Below, one piece after another: positions 7,386-14,835 of a stretch of DNA of 17,911 bases. Each line of letters starts with the position of its first letter. Position 1 is the stretch's first letter. The position numbers and the translations under genes were made by a program. Under the pieces are notes generated by a model, which was not told where the DNA came from, searched no databases, and saw only the letters and a list, made by a program, of their open reading frames with translations. The stretch lies in the IMG/VR virus record IMGVR_UViG_2706795377_000001, positions 116,360 through 134,270 of that record; one strand, 5' to 3'. The DNA is from a virus (taxonomy: Duplodnaviria > Heunggongvirae > Uroviricota > Caudoviricetes).

Positions 7386-7583
7386 CTATGCTTCAAAAAC
7401 AATAAAGTTGTTTTTAAAATAAGATGATTTAGCTCCACCTTCGGAACCCTTGGCAATTGTTTGGGATTCCCCTTTATCATTGTACTGAATTACAATGTCA
7501 CCATCAGAATTGACAATTGCACCATAATATCTTTTATGAGTTAAATTATCAATACCAGTATCTTTCTTCACTGTTACAATCAT
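7386..7583 (-). CDS. Hypothetical protein, 65 aa (MIVTVKKDTG...)
   Basis: ATGA overlap with the upstream gene's stop at 7580-7583. Confidence 0.65.
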   Translation of the reverse strand: MIVTVKKDTGIDNLTHKRYYGAIVNSDGDIVIQYNDKGESQTIAKGSEGGAKSSYFKNNFIVFEA

Positions 7584-7978
7584 CCGAATACCAACTTCCC
7601 AAACAATGCATATTGTAGGATGCAATCAGCAGTTCCAGCGTCGCCCTGTTCCAAGTCACAATCATGAGGACGCTCAATGCAATTCAGCTTGTAACCATTG
7701 ATAAGTTTGTCCAGTGTGATTACCCAATCTCTATCATCTTCGGTTTCTTCTTTGTCATATAGCTTTACAGGCTTGCCTTCCAGAATTAGTTTGGTTGACC
7801 ATGTTGCCCAAGGCTCCCCCTTTGGTTTTGCCTTCATGTCGTCGGAAGAATCGTCCAAGCCCATCCAGTAATTACTTCCACCTTCAAAAGCAGTAACAAT
7901 AATATCCTCAATATCCTTTTCAGTCAGTGGTTTTTCGATAATTGCAGTCCCTACAACCTTATTTGTAAATTCCAACAT
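7580..7978 (-). CDS. Conserved-looking phage hypothetical protein, 132 aa, acidic (DI...AFEGGSNYW; DA..AD.ILQYALFG.LVFG)
   Basis: ATG 7978 with AAAGGA RBS after motif copy 4; motifs of a type recalled from uncharacterised phage proteins. Confidence 0.75.
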   Translation of the reverse strand: MLEFTNKVVGTAIIEKPLTEKDIEDIIVTAFEGGSNYWMGLDDSSDDMKAKPKGEPWATWSTKLILEGKPVKLYDKEETEDDRDWVITLDKLINGYKLNCIERPHDCDLEQGDAGTADCILQYALFGKLVFG

Positions 7979-8004
7979 GTCTATCATCCTTTTCAATTTG
8001 TCTT

Positions 8005-8040
8005 CATATATTAATGTAATTCAGGAACACAAAAACACAC
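8005..8040 (-). promoter_or_regulatory. 36-bp repeated promoter-like element, copy 4
   Basis: catatattaatgtaa ttcaggaacaca aaaacacac. Confidence 0.75.
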
Positions 8041-8042
8041 GC

Positions 8043-8597
8043 TTAATGTAAAATTGGTTGTTTGTGTTTTGAAAAAATTTCATACAGGCAATTAATGTAA
8101 CATTTTGCATTGTAAATAAAGTTGACTTCAATAAGCTCTTGATGCTCTTGCAAAAGATTATCTAGTGATTCGAAATAAACTTCTGGATGTTTCAATTGCA
8201 GATAAGCTTTTAAAGCAATGATTTCATTTATATCATCCCATTGCTTTGTAATGCCATGACCATAGAATGGGATATAAATCATTTGTTCACCAGCATGTGC
8301 CCCTGTCAACATTTTTACAACACCCAAACCTAAGTCAGTAGCAAGACCAATATCAATTGTTTCTTTAACGTTAAAGAAAACAAAGTCTTCGCTACGTTCT
8401 TTCGGGAAAGGTGTAAAAGAATTTTCTAAAATGGTTTTCTTACCTAACAATCCTTTTTTAGAGAATGTTTCAATTGACATTAAATCAAAATCCTCAGTCA
8501 TGACAGTGCTAGAAATAACAACAAAGTCAACGTCTTGCGTCAACTCTTTAGCGCATATCATTGATTTTACAAAATCGTAAATATCATGACTCATCAT
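8043..8597 (-). CDS. Hypothetical protein, 184 aa
   Basis: GGAG RBS immediately after motif copy 5, ATG 8597. Confidence 0.75.
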   Translation of the reverse strand: MMSHDIYDFVKSMICAKELTQDVDFVVISSTVMTEDFDLMSIETFSKKGLLGKKTILENSFTPFPKERSEDFVFFNVKETIDIGLATDLGLGVVKMLTGAHAGEQMIYIPFYGHGITKQWDDINEIIALKAYLQLKHPEVYFESLDNLLQEHQELIEVNFIYNAKCYINCLYEIFSKHKQPILH

Positions 8598-8606
8598 ATC
8601 AACTCC

Positions 8607-8642
8607 CATATATTAATGTAATTCATAAATGCAAAAACACAA
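8607..8642 (-). promoter_or_regulatory. 36-bp repeated promoter-like element, copy 5
   Basis: catatattaatgtaa ttcataaatgca aaaacacaa (one change in the -35-like block). Confidence 0.7.
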
Positions 8643-8713
8643 GTTCACGCATACCAGAAAATTTCTTACCTTTAAAATCTTGTTCTGTCATTTTACTTTC
8701 CCTCCATTCAAGT

Positions 8714-8905
8714 CTATGAATTACTTTGTGCCATTGGCATATAATGAACGTGTTCAAGACCTTTAAACCTCCATCCTATATTTCGACCTGAAACACTCAA
8801 ATTCCTGCATCGCGCCTTTGCAATAACGATACTTTTTCCATATGTATTCTGTTTGAACATTTGCTCCATATACACTTTCCCATCAATAATATACTCAATA
8901 GTCAT
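8714..8905 (-). CDS. Hypothetical protein, 63 aa
   Basis: AGGAGGT RBS, ATG 8905. Confidence 0.75.
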   Translation of the reverse strand: MTIEYIIDGKVYMEQMFKQNTYGKSIVIAKARCRNLSVSGRNIGWRFKGLEHVHYMPMAQSNS

Positions 8906-8957
8906 ATTATACCTCCTATGAATATTGGTGTAAATAAAAAGCTAAGTTATGTACAAA

Positions 8958-9206
8958 CTAATCGTACTTTACTTGGCTCTCGTATGCTTCTTTTTCGCTG
9001 TGGTAAATATAATAATCGTTTGAATCAGCTTCGACTATTGGTACGTCAGTAACAATCCAAATCTCATCAATTGTTGATTTTCCATCCAGACTTTCGTCTG
9101 GAATAGAATCTAATGAACCATAAAGAAAATCATGAACTAGATAAACTTTCTGTAACATCAATACCGCCTCCAAAAATAATGCTGACTTAACAATACTCAT
9201 CGTCAT
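8958..9206 (-). CDS. Hypothetical protein, about 82 aa (start uncertain)
   Basis: Acidic ORF overlapping the upstream gene's end; ATG 9206 preferred over the track's TTG 9227. Confidence 0.55.
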   Translation of the reverse strand: MTMSIVKSALFLEAVLMLQKVYLVHDFLYGSLDSIPDESLDGKSTIDEIWIVTDVPIVEADSNDYYIYHSEKEAYESQVKYD

Positions 9207-9621
9207 TAATTTTGTAGCATCCCTCAAGTTTAATAGCTAGTCTATAACTAAAAGGATAGAAAAGTTCTAATTCCATTTCAGATAAAATCTCTTTCATTCT
9301 ATTCAAAGATACAAGCCCATAATCTTTTGTCAAAAATTGAGTAGAAGAGGCTGTTAGCTCTCCACCATCATGGATATTGATACTCAATAATCCCACAAAC
9401 TCTTGCCCGATTGCATTTTTAATTATTCCTGGTATTAAAGCGTAACCATCATCATCTTCGCAATCACTTGCATTAACAGTGTCTTCTCCATACACAGCCA
9501 TAAAGCCTTTTTTGAAGTCATTCAATAGTTCATTTTGAAAATTTGGTTCTTCTACTTTTTCCATGTCAATATTCTTTATAATCAACTCAACAACATCTGC
9601 AAACGAATTAAATTTACTCAT
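9187..9621 (-). CDS. Hypothetical acidic protein, 144 aa
   Basis: AAAGGA RBS, ATG 9621. Confidence 0.75.
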   Translation of the reverse strand: MSKFNSFADVVELIIKNIDMEKVEEPNFQNELLNDFKKGFMAVYGEDTVNASDCEDDDGYALIPGIIKNAIGQEFVGLLSINIHDGGELTASSTQFLTKDYGLVSLNRMKEILSEMELELFYPFSYRLAIKLEGCYKINDDEYC

Positions 9622-9627
9622 TGTTAA

Positions 9628-9798
9628 TCATCCTTTCTTAACCCTTGTTTGTAATTTTATCATTTTATTACTGACTTTCATAAAAACATATGGATAACTA
9701 TGTGTAGGTGCAAATGCTTCTATGCTCCAATTCTTAGACATTTCCTCAATTCTTCTTTTTGTTTCCAACTCAGATTTCTTTGTTAACCCACTTTCCAT
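9628..9798 (-). CDS. Hypothetical protein, 56 aa (MESGLTKKSELETKRRIEEM...; not in ORF track)
   Basis: ATG 9798 to TGA 9628; fills the operon gap; moderate RBS. Confidence 0.55.
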   Translation of the reverse strand: MESGLTKKSELETKRRIEEMSKNWSIEAFAPTHSYPYVFMKVSNKMIKLQTRVKKG

Positions 9799-9817
9799 AT
9801 TGCACCAACTTTCAATC

Positions 9818-10225
9818 TTATGATAATTTAGGCTTGTAATCAGCTATGTAAGAAACATTAAAGATGTCGTGGTCATTTGCACAGCCGTGACATAAATATC
9901 CATTGAAAGGGATTTCTCTCGCGTCAATTTCATAAAGATTTATCCAACGTTTTCCACGATATAGTGCTGTTTCTACATTATTTCCACAACCAACGCATTC
10001 ACAAGGAGACACTTCAAATTGTTCACAGTATCCCATAGCTTGTTCTAATGAAGTTGCACTATCCCACAATTCGTATCCATCTTTTTCAACCTGTTCTCGC
10101 TTTATGACAAAACGCTTCTCTTGCTTGTCTGATAGAAAAATCGCATGGGTGTTCCATTGGTCAATTTTTTTTGTGTATATATGTATAAAAGACGTTGATG
10201 GAGCATATGTTTTTGTTTCTTTCAT
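9818..10225 (-). CDS. Hypothetical protein, 135 aa, with C-terminal Cys motifs (CECVGC...CHGC), probable Zn-binding
   Basis: GGAGG RBS; two CxxC-type pairs. Confidence 0.75.
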   Translation of the reverse strand: MKETKTYAPSTSFIHIYTKKIDQWNTHAIFLSDKQEKRFVIKREQVEKDGYELWDSATSLEQAMGYCEQFEVSPCECVGCGNNVETALYRGKRWINLYEIDAREIPFNGYLCHGCANDHDIFNVSYIADYKPKLS

Positions 10226-10289
10226 CCTAATTCCTCCACTCTCTATTATTAGAAGAAAATAAAGTTATAGACTAAAACTGCTCATTTGT

Positions 10290-10505
10290 TCAGTCTTCAT
10301 AATCAGCCCAAGCGCTCATGTCAACTGGTTCATTGCATTTTCCGCAATAAATATTGGCTTCAAACAAATTATCAATATTGTCTGGTTCAATATCATAAAC
10401 CTTGTTGTGGCGCGAACCACCCTTTAAGTCAATTCGCTGTTTAGCTTTCACTGAAACTTCTGTATAAAAAAATCTACTTTCGCCACATGTACATTTATAC
10501 TTCAT
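10290..10505 (-). CDS. Small Zn-ribbon-like protein (CxC...CxxC), 71 aa
   Basis: MKYKCTCG...YCGKCNE; ATG 10505 preferred. Confidence 0.7.
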   Translation of the reverse strand: MKYKCTCGESRFFYTEVSVKAKQRIDLKGGSRHNKVYDIEPDNIDNLFEANIYCGKCNEPVDMSAWADYED

Positions 10506-10607
10506 GCCAATTTCATCTCCCAATAATCAATCAGATTAGTCTAACACTTTATTTTCTCTGAACATCTATTCTGTAACAATAATCGCTACCTTAAATAGCC
10601 GCCACTT

Positions 10608-10847
10608 TTAATTTCTGCGAACCTCATACCCTACAACATTAAATTCATCTTCATCTACTTCATCATAAATGGGTGTAATAATATATAATTCTTCGCTAGC
10701 CTCCATGTGAAATTCACCTGTGCATTTCCAAGACTTGGTGAATGCTTCTCCATCCCAACCATTCAACGCAAATACTTCGCCATCAATTTCCACTAACTCT
10801 ATATTATTGTCATTCCACCAAGTGCCCTTAAATTTAAAATTATCCAT
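10608..10847 (-). CDS. Small acidic hypothetical protein, 79 aa
   Basis: GAGGGAG RBS; about 19 D/E versus 6 K/R by hand count. Confidence 0.8.
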   Translation of the reverse strand: MDNFKFKGTWWNDNNIELVEIDGEVFALNGWDGEAFTKSWKCTGEFHMEASEELYIITPIYDEVDEDEFNVVGYEVRRN

Positions 10848-10891
10848 ATAAAGTCAACTCCCTCTCATTAAAAGATAAAATCACATTTTAT

Positions 10892-11077
10892 TTAGTTACC
10901 TAGATATACCCATTTCGTGCCTTCTGGAGAATATTCCGTTTGATACCTGAATACCCTTTTTTCCTTCTCAACAATATAACGTGAAAATTTACTTGCTCTT
11001 GTTTCATCTGAAATAAAAATTTCACCATTTTTTATTAAATCTTCAACCAACTGTTTCGTTGTTCGATGGTATCCCAT
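10892..11077 (-). CDS. Hypothetical protein, 61 aa
   Basis: ATG 11077; in operon order. Confidence 0.65.
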   Translation of the reverse strand: MGYHRTTKQLVEDLIKNGEIFISDETRASKFSRYIVEKEKRVFRYQTEYSPEGTKWVYLGN

Positions 11078-11118
11078 TGAATCTCAAGCCCCCATTCTCA
11101 ATTAAAGTCATATTTTAT

Positions 11119-11493
11119 TTAACCCTCATCGTCTGACTTTTCTTCTCCATACTCTTCTTTCATCATCTCATCAAAAGTCTGTATTTCTTCAAAGTCGCAA
11201 TCAGGATTAGTGCAAGTATATTTATGGGCGTCCCTACCTTTATGAGTTCCTATATAGAAATTTAATTGAAAGCTGTCTTCATATGTTCTGCATATATCGC
11301 ATTCAAATTCATCATGTTCAAAGTGCCATTTATCCATTGGACTATAACACTCCTCCTCTTCTTCATCGTCAATTCTATCTTCAGGAATATGCTTCTTTAA
11401 GTACTCATCAAATTCTTTGTCCTGCCTTTTAGATTCTTGCTCTTTTTTTCTCATCATTTCTCTTTGCCTTTTAATTGCCTCGTTTATATCCAT
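11119..11493 (-). CDS. Acidic hypothetical protein, 124 aa, with Zn-ribbon (CDIC...CTNPDC)
   Basis: GAGGA RBS; Cys pattern. Confidence 0.75.
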   Translation of the reverse strand: MDINEAIKRQREMMRKKEQESKRQDKEFDEYLKKHIPEDRIDDEEEEECYSPMDKWHFEHDEFECDICRTYEDSFQLNFYIGTHKGRDAHKYTCTNPDCDFEEIQTFDEMMKEEYGEEKSDDEG

Positions 11494-11652
11494 AAAACTT
11501 ATTCCTCGCTTTCAGAATTCCTTTTGAATGTCTTTCAAAGATATTCAAAAGGAGTATAATATCCCTTGCTTGCTTCCAAATATTGCTCTTTTGTTATTTG
11601 AATGCATTCACCAAAGTAGTCATAGCTAATTTCCCTATGAGCCCTCCGTTAT

Positions 11653-11847
11653 TCATACTCTCGTAGCCTTCATGCGACCACTTTTACCAATGTACTTAAT
11701 TACAAATTCCGCACCCAATGAGTCAGTCACAGTTTGACCAATTTGATATTCTCCCTTTTCTACGAAGAAAGTGAATCCTTCCCCTACAATCATTACTGGT
11801 GCGTACCCATTTTCTTCTGCCTTTTTTAAACGTTCCTCATATGTCAT
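11653..11847 (-). CDS. Hypothetical protein, 64 aa (MTYEERLKKAEENG...)
   Basis: GGAG RBS, ATG 11847. Confidence 0.65.
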   Translation of the reverse strand: MTYEERLKKAEENGYAPVMIVGEGFTFFVEKGEYQIGQTVTDSLGAEFVIKYIGKSGRMKATRV

Positions 11848-11918
11848 TTTTTGCTCTCCATTTCTATCCATTAATTTTGATGCTTTGCATTTCAATTTTC
11901 TTTACCATACTCTTACCT

Positions 11919-11954
11919 CATATATTAATGTAAAACAGAGAGAGAAAATCACAC
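11919..11954 (-). promoter_or_regulatory. 36-bp repeated promoter-like element, copy 6
   Basis: catatattaatgtaa aacagagagaga aaatcacac; heads the roughly 3.2-kb run of ORFs down to 8714. Confidence 0.75.
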
Positions 11955-11962
11955 GCTTTGAA

Positions 11963-11992
11963 GAAAAAAGGAGTCTAAAGTTTTAGACTCCT
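11963..11992 (-). terminator. Intrinsic terminator
   Basis: Stem aggagtctaa/ttagactcct followed on the minus strand by a U6 tract, at the end of the Zn-finger gene. Confidence 0.8.
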
Positions 11993-12192
11993 ACGTCTTG
12001 CTCTTCGCATGTCTTTTTTAATTCTCGAATTGCCTGCATATCATTAGAATCAAAATACTTTTCACCACATTGGCTACACTGTGCGCCTTCAACTTTTATG
12101 CTAACTACACCTTGAATTCCTACAGGAACCTCCAATACTTTAGAGGGGACATCTTTGCATCCACACATAACACATTCTTCGATTGTGAACAT
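11983..12192 (-). CDS. YgiT-type (MqsA N-terminal-like) zinc-finger protein, putative antitoxin partner
   Basis: CVMCG...VEGAQCSQCGEKYFD pattern; AGGAGG RBS before ATG 12192; follows a DUF4258-like gene. Confidence 0.75.
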   Translation of the reverse strand: MFTIEECVMCGCKDVPSKVLEVPVGIQGVVSIKVEGAQCSQCGEKYFDSNDMQAIRELKKTCEEQDVGV

Positions 12193-12234
12193 TGCTCCCA
12201 CCTCCTAGCTTCTATTATAATACATATTGACCAT

Positions 12235-12522
12235 TCAATCAATTACTGTTATAATGATGAGTTTTTCAGGATAATATACAGAAACAACTACAGACCAATC
12301 ATGTTTTCCCATAACTCTATAATTATTTTTTCCATAGTATTGATTCGATTCCCTTTCGTTTGATATGTATGTAGGATTCAAGAGAATCTCAACAATGTCG
12401 CGCTTATTAATTCTCCTCTCTTCCATTCGTTCTGTTGCATGTCCTGTCTCAATGATTCTTGCTCCATTGTTAATCATGAAAGCAATCGTTTGTAGGATAA
12501 GTTTCTCGTTCAAAGTGTCCAC
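12235..12522 (-). CDS. DUF4258-like protein, putative RNase toxin
   Basis: TGHATERMEERRI...DI.E.L and C-terminal IITVI match the DUF4258 pattern; true start may be TTG 12513. Confidence 0.7.
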   Translation of the reverse strand: MDTLNEKLILQTIAFMINNGARIIETGHATERMEERRINKRDIVEILLNPTYISNERESNQYYGKNNYRVMGKHDWSVVVSVYYPEKLIIITVID

Positions 12523-12540
12523 CCTTCACATTTGATTCTT

Positions 12541-12576
12541 CATATATTAATGTAAATGACAACAAGAAAATCACAC
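12541..12576 (-). promoter_or_regulatory. 36-bp repeated promoter-like element, copy 7
   Basis: catatattaatgtaa atgacaacaaga aaatcacac. Confidence 0.75.
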
Positions 12577-12577
12577 G

Positions 12578-12666
12578 CTTGTGTTAAATTATTTCACAAG
12601 TTGAATTTGTCAAACAATTTAACACAAGAAGCTCACACCTCTATTATCTCATGAGGTATGAGCTTT
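12578..12666 (-). terminator. Two adjacent hairpins after the 12682 ORF (terminator-like)
   Basis: aagctcacacctc/gaggtatgagctt (about 12629-12666) and a 13-bp IR cttgtgttaaatt/aatttaacacaag (12578-12628). Confidence 0.55.
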
Positions 12667-12681
12667 CGGCAATTCTTATTC

Positions 12682-13053
12682 TTACTCTTCAATTATAAAA
12701 TCATCATTTTCTAGTTTGGTTAACAATTGGTCAACAGCACATTCATAACCAAACCAAGCAAACCAGTTACGAATGTCACCTTCTGGAATTTTTGGTTGTA
12801 TACTAGTTTGTTCAATATACTCAAAAAATGCTTTTTCGATTTCTTCAATATATTCCAAAAAGAAAGCATGTGTATCATGATAGTAAACTAAACCAGATAC
12901 AGCACCAGACACACAACCATATGTGTGAACATCTTCCAGCCAAGTCTGTGCGTCTTCTCCTTCATTTAGCGCATCATCAATGACACGATTAATCAGTCTG
13001 TTATCGCTTTGACTTTTAATTGCTTCCAATTTCTTTGTGATTGTGATTTCCAT
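12682..13053 (-). CDS. Acidic phage protein, 123 aa, with GCxSG..LVYY.DT motif; candidate DNA mimic
   Basis: AAAGGA RBS after motif copy 8; about 26 D/E versus 9 K/R by hand count. Confidence 0.8.
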   Translation of the reverse strand: MEITITKKLEAIKSQSDNRLINRVIDDALNEGEDAQTWLEDVHTYGCVSGAVSGLVYYHDTHAFFLEYIEEIEKAFFEYIEQTSIQPKIPEGDIRNWFAWFGYECAVDQLLTKLENDDFIIEE

Positions 13054-13080
13054 TTTTTATCTATCCTTTCATTTATCTTT

Positions 13081-13116
13081 CATGTATTAATGTAAAGTTT
13101 AGACTCAAAAACACAC
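13081..13116 (-). promoter_or_regulatory. 36-bp repeated promoter-like element, copy 8
   Basis: catgtattaatgtaa agtttagactca aaaacacac. Confidence 0.75.
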
Positions 13117-13122
13117 ACTTTT

Positions 13123-13157
13123 AAAAAAGAAAAAGTGCAAACCATTGGTTTACACTT
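13123..13157 (-). terminator. Intrinsic terminator
   Basis: Minus strand aagtgtaaacc-aat-ggtttgcactt followed by a U-rich tail. Confidence 0.8.
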
Positions 13158-13261
13158 TACACGTCAAGCCCATACTTCTTACACTTTCTATGACTCTCAG
13201 CATGCCTCAAAAAAATAAGTTCTTTCTGTTTTTCGTCAAGCTTGCTAAACTTAACTTCCAT
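13157..13261 (-). CDS. Small ORF, 34 aa (MEVKFSKLDEKQKELIFLRHAESHRKCKKYGLDV; not in ORF track)
   Basis: GAGGTG RBS 10 nt upstream; ends at the terminator. Confidence 0.5.
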   Translation of the reverse strand: MEVKFSKLDEKQKELIFLRHAESHRKCKKYGLDV

Positions 13262-13323
13262 TAATCATAATCACCTCACATGTTATCGTAATTGAATAAT
13301 AGAACTTACACCTCCAATTAAAA

Positions 13324-13501
13324 TTCTAAGATGAACCAACAAAGCACACAAGAAAGAAGGAAAGGGAAAGGGAAAAACTTCCTTATGTGCTTTGTTCAAT
13401 CATCTTAGAAAGTCTAACAAGGAAGCCCAAAGGAAAGGGGTAGGGTTAGGGTAGGGTAAACCTTTGGACCCCCTTGTTAGAAGCCAATCGTAATTGGCTT
13501 C
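13324..13501 (-). ncRNA. Candidate structured ncRNA: three tandem hairpins, two with C/U-rich loops
   Basis: Stems 13324-13334/13400-13410 plus 13338-13348/13386-13396; 13413-13422/13472-13481 plus 13427-13433/13461-13467; 13480-13488/13493-13501 (UACG loop on the minus strand). Lies between motif copy 9 and the terminator at 13123-13157. Confidence 0.5.
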
Positions 13502-13641
13502 ATCTATTACCACTCACTTCCCATATCAGATTGTTATAACAATATTTTTTTTGGCTTTTGTTTTACATTCATTCATAAACTCTTGCAAGATTTGCGAAAA
13601 AGTTTTATCTGTATTATTTTGAGTCTTTGTTTGTGTGTTGT

Positions 13642-13677
13642 CATACATTAATGTAAAACAGACACACAAAAACACAC
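13642..13677 (-). promoter_or_regulatory. 36-bp repeated promoter-like element, copy 9
   Basis: catacattaatgtaa aacagacacaca aaaacacac; 35/36 identical to copy 16; no convincing ORF directly downstream. Confidence 0.75.
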
Positions 13678-13680
13678 ATA

Positions 13681-14100
13681 TTAAGAAATTCTTTTCATAA
13701 CTTTGAATGTTTCGTACTCAAAAGCCTTGTTACATTGTGTTTCATTAAACCCACATGCTTTCAAAACATCATGGCAACCTCTTGTTCCTTCACCATGATA
13801 TCCACCTGATACGCCTTTTAAAATGATTCTGTAACCATCAGCATGGTAAAGACTTAGTGTGTAGTGGTGAAGTGTTGTATATGTCAATTTAGCACAATAG
13901 ACTTTATTCATATCAATATTTTTACGCAATACATTAAAAAAGCGCAAACTGTTCCGAGTACTACCCCAACCGTCAGTGTATGACCATTCAGTTAATATTT
14001 TTACACCACGGTTCAAGTCATTGCGTAATGTCATTGTTTTAATCCCTTGCGTTTGTTCCCAATGAGAGGAGTCTAAGTAAAAGTATTTTGGCTTGTCCAT
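13681..14100 (-). CDS. Hypothetical protein, 139 aa (G.SGGY.GEG.RG motif)
   Basis: AAAGGTG RBS, ATG 14100. Confidence 0.8.
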   Translation of the reverse strand: MDKPKYFYLDSSHWEQTQGIKTMTLRNDLNRGVKILTEWSYTDGWGSTRNSLRFFNVLRKNIDMNKVYCAKLTYTTLHHYTLSLYHADGYRIILKGVSGGYHGEGTRGCHDVLKACGFNETQCNKAFEYETFKVMKRIS

Positions 14101-14160
14101 TTAATTCACCTTTCTTTTTATTTCTTCCTTTATAATATAATGAAAATATTTTTTTAAAAA

Positions 14161-14379
14161 TTATTTTTCTTTTGGGAATATTGCTTGTTGAACGATAGAA
14201 CGAACGAAAGTCATTTCGCCCACTTTCCAGCTAGGCAAGACTTGCTTCATTGTCGTCCATCCGACAGGCTCACCAATATGTCTAGCATATTGCAATGCGA
14301 TTTCGTCATTGCCTCCCTTTGTTGTTGAATCATCATATCCGATGAATAGCCCAGATTTGGTAAGAAACACCAACTTCAT
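14161..14379 (-). CDS. Hypothetical protein, 72 aa (MKLVFLTKSGLFIG...)
   Basis: AGGTGAT RBS and ATG 14379 downstream of motif copy 10; the track start at 14487 runs through the motif and hairpin. Confidence 0.7.
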   Translation of the reverse strand: MKLVFLTKSGLFIGYDDSTTKGGNDEIALQYARHIGEPVGWTTMKQVLPSWKVGEMTFVRSIVQQAIFPKEK

Positions 14380-14402
14380 TATATCACCTGCTTCTATTCC
14401 TT

Positions 14403-14438
14403 CATATAGTAATGTAATTTTCACAGCCAAATTCACAC
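14403..14438 (-). promoter_or_regulatory. 36-bp repeated promoter-like element, copy 10
   Basis: catatagtaatgtaa ttttcacagcca aattcacac. Confidence 0.75.
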
Positions 14439-14463
14439 GCTGAATTATTTTTTCAGCATGCGA

Positions 14464-14489
14464 ATTTGAGTGTGAAAACACACTCAAAT
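14464..14489 (-). terminator. Terminator-like hairpin
   Basis: Perfect 11-bp IR atttgagtgtg-aaaa-cacactcaaat at the stop of the 14484 ORF. Confidence 0.6.
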
Positions 14490-14729
14490 AAATTCGTTCA
14501 AGTCAAGACGTAATTTGCCTACATTGAAAACAATTTTATCAGTTAAATATTTCAGTTTAACGAAAAAGAAGTCACGCTTTTCACCATTGGTTACGTAGCC
14601 AAACACTTTATCGTCTATCCCATATTCAACATGACAAACAGATACACCACTTAAATTTGTTAAGTTGGTACTTGCCATGACTTTTAATTCTCCATTGTTA
14701 TATTTTTCAATCAATTGTTGCTTATTCAT
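14484..14729 (-). CDS. Hypothetical protein, 81 aa
   Basis: AAAGGGGAAGG RBS after motif copy 11. Confidence 0.75.
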   Translation of the reverse strand: MNKQQLIEKYNNGELKVMASTNLTNLSGVSVCHVEYGIDDKVFGYVTNGEKRDFFFVKLKYLTDKIVFNVGKLRLDLNEFI

Positions 14730-14757
14730 ACTACCTTCCCCTTTCGTTATTTAGCTT

Positions 14758-14793
14758 CATATAGTAATGTAAATGAAGTATATAAAAACACAC
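14758..14793 (-). promoter_or_regulatory. 36-bp repeated promoter-like element, copy 11
   Basis: catatagtaatgtaa atgaagtatata aaaacacac. Confidence 0.75.
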
Positions 14794-14835
14794 GCTACAA
14801 AGGATTATTTTTTTATAGTGTGTCTTTATATAAAG

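Noticed and set aside
11520-11640. Start-less reading frame (EISYDYFGECIQITKEQYLEASKGYYTPFEYL) and a 10-bp hairpin at 11520-11552
   Set aside because: No in-frame start codon; may be a gene remnant but unsupported without homology.
14120-14150. Motif-like AT-rich stretch before the 14100 ORF (and a similar one near 17530-17560)
   Set aside because: The two blocks are not both present at the fixed spacing; cannot be told from AT-rich background.
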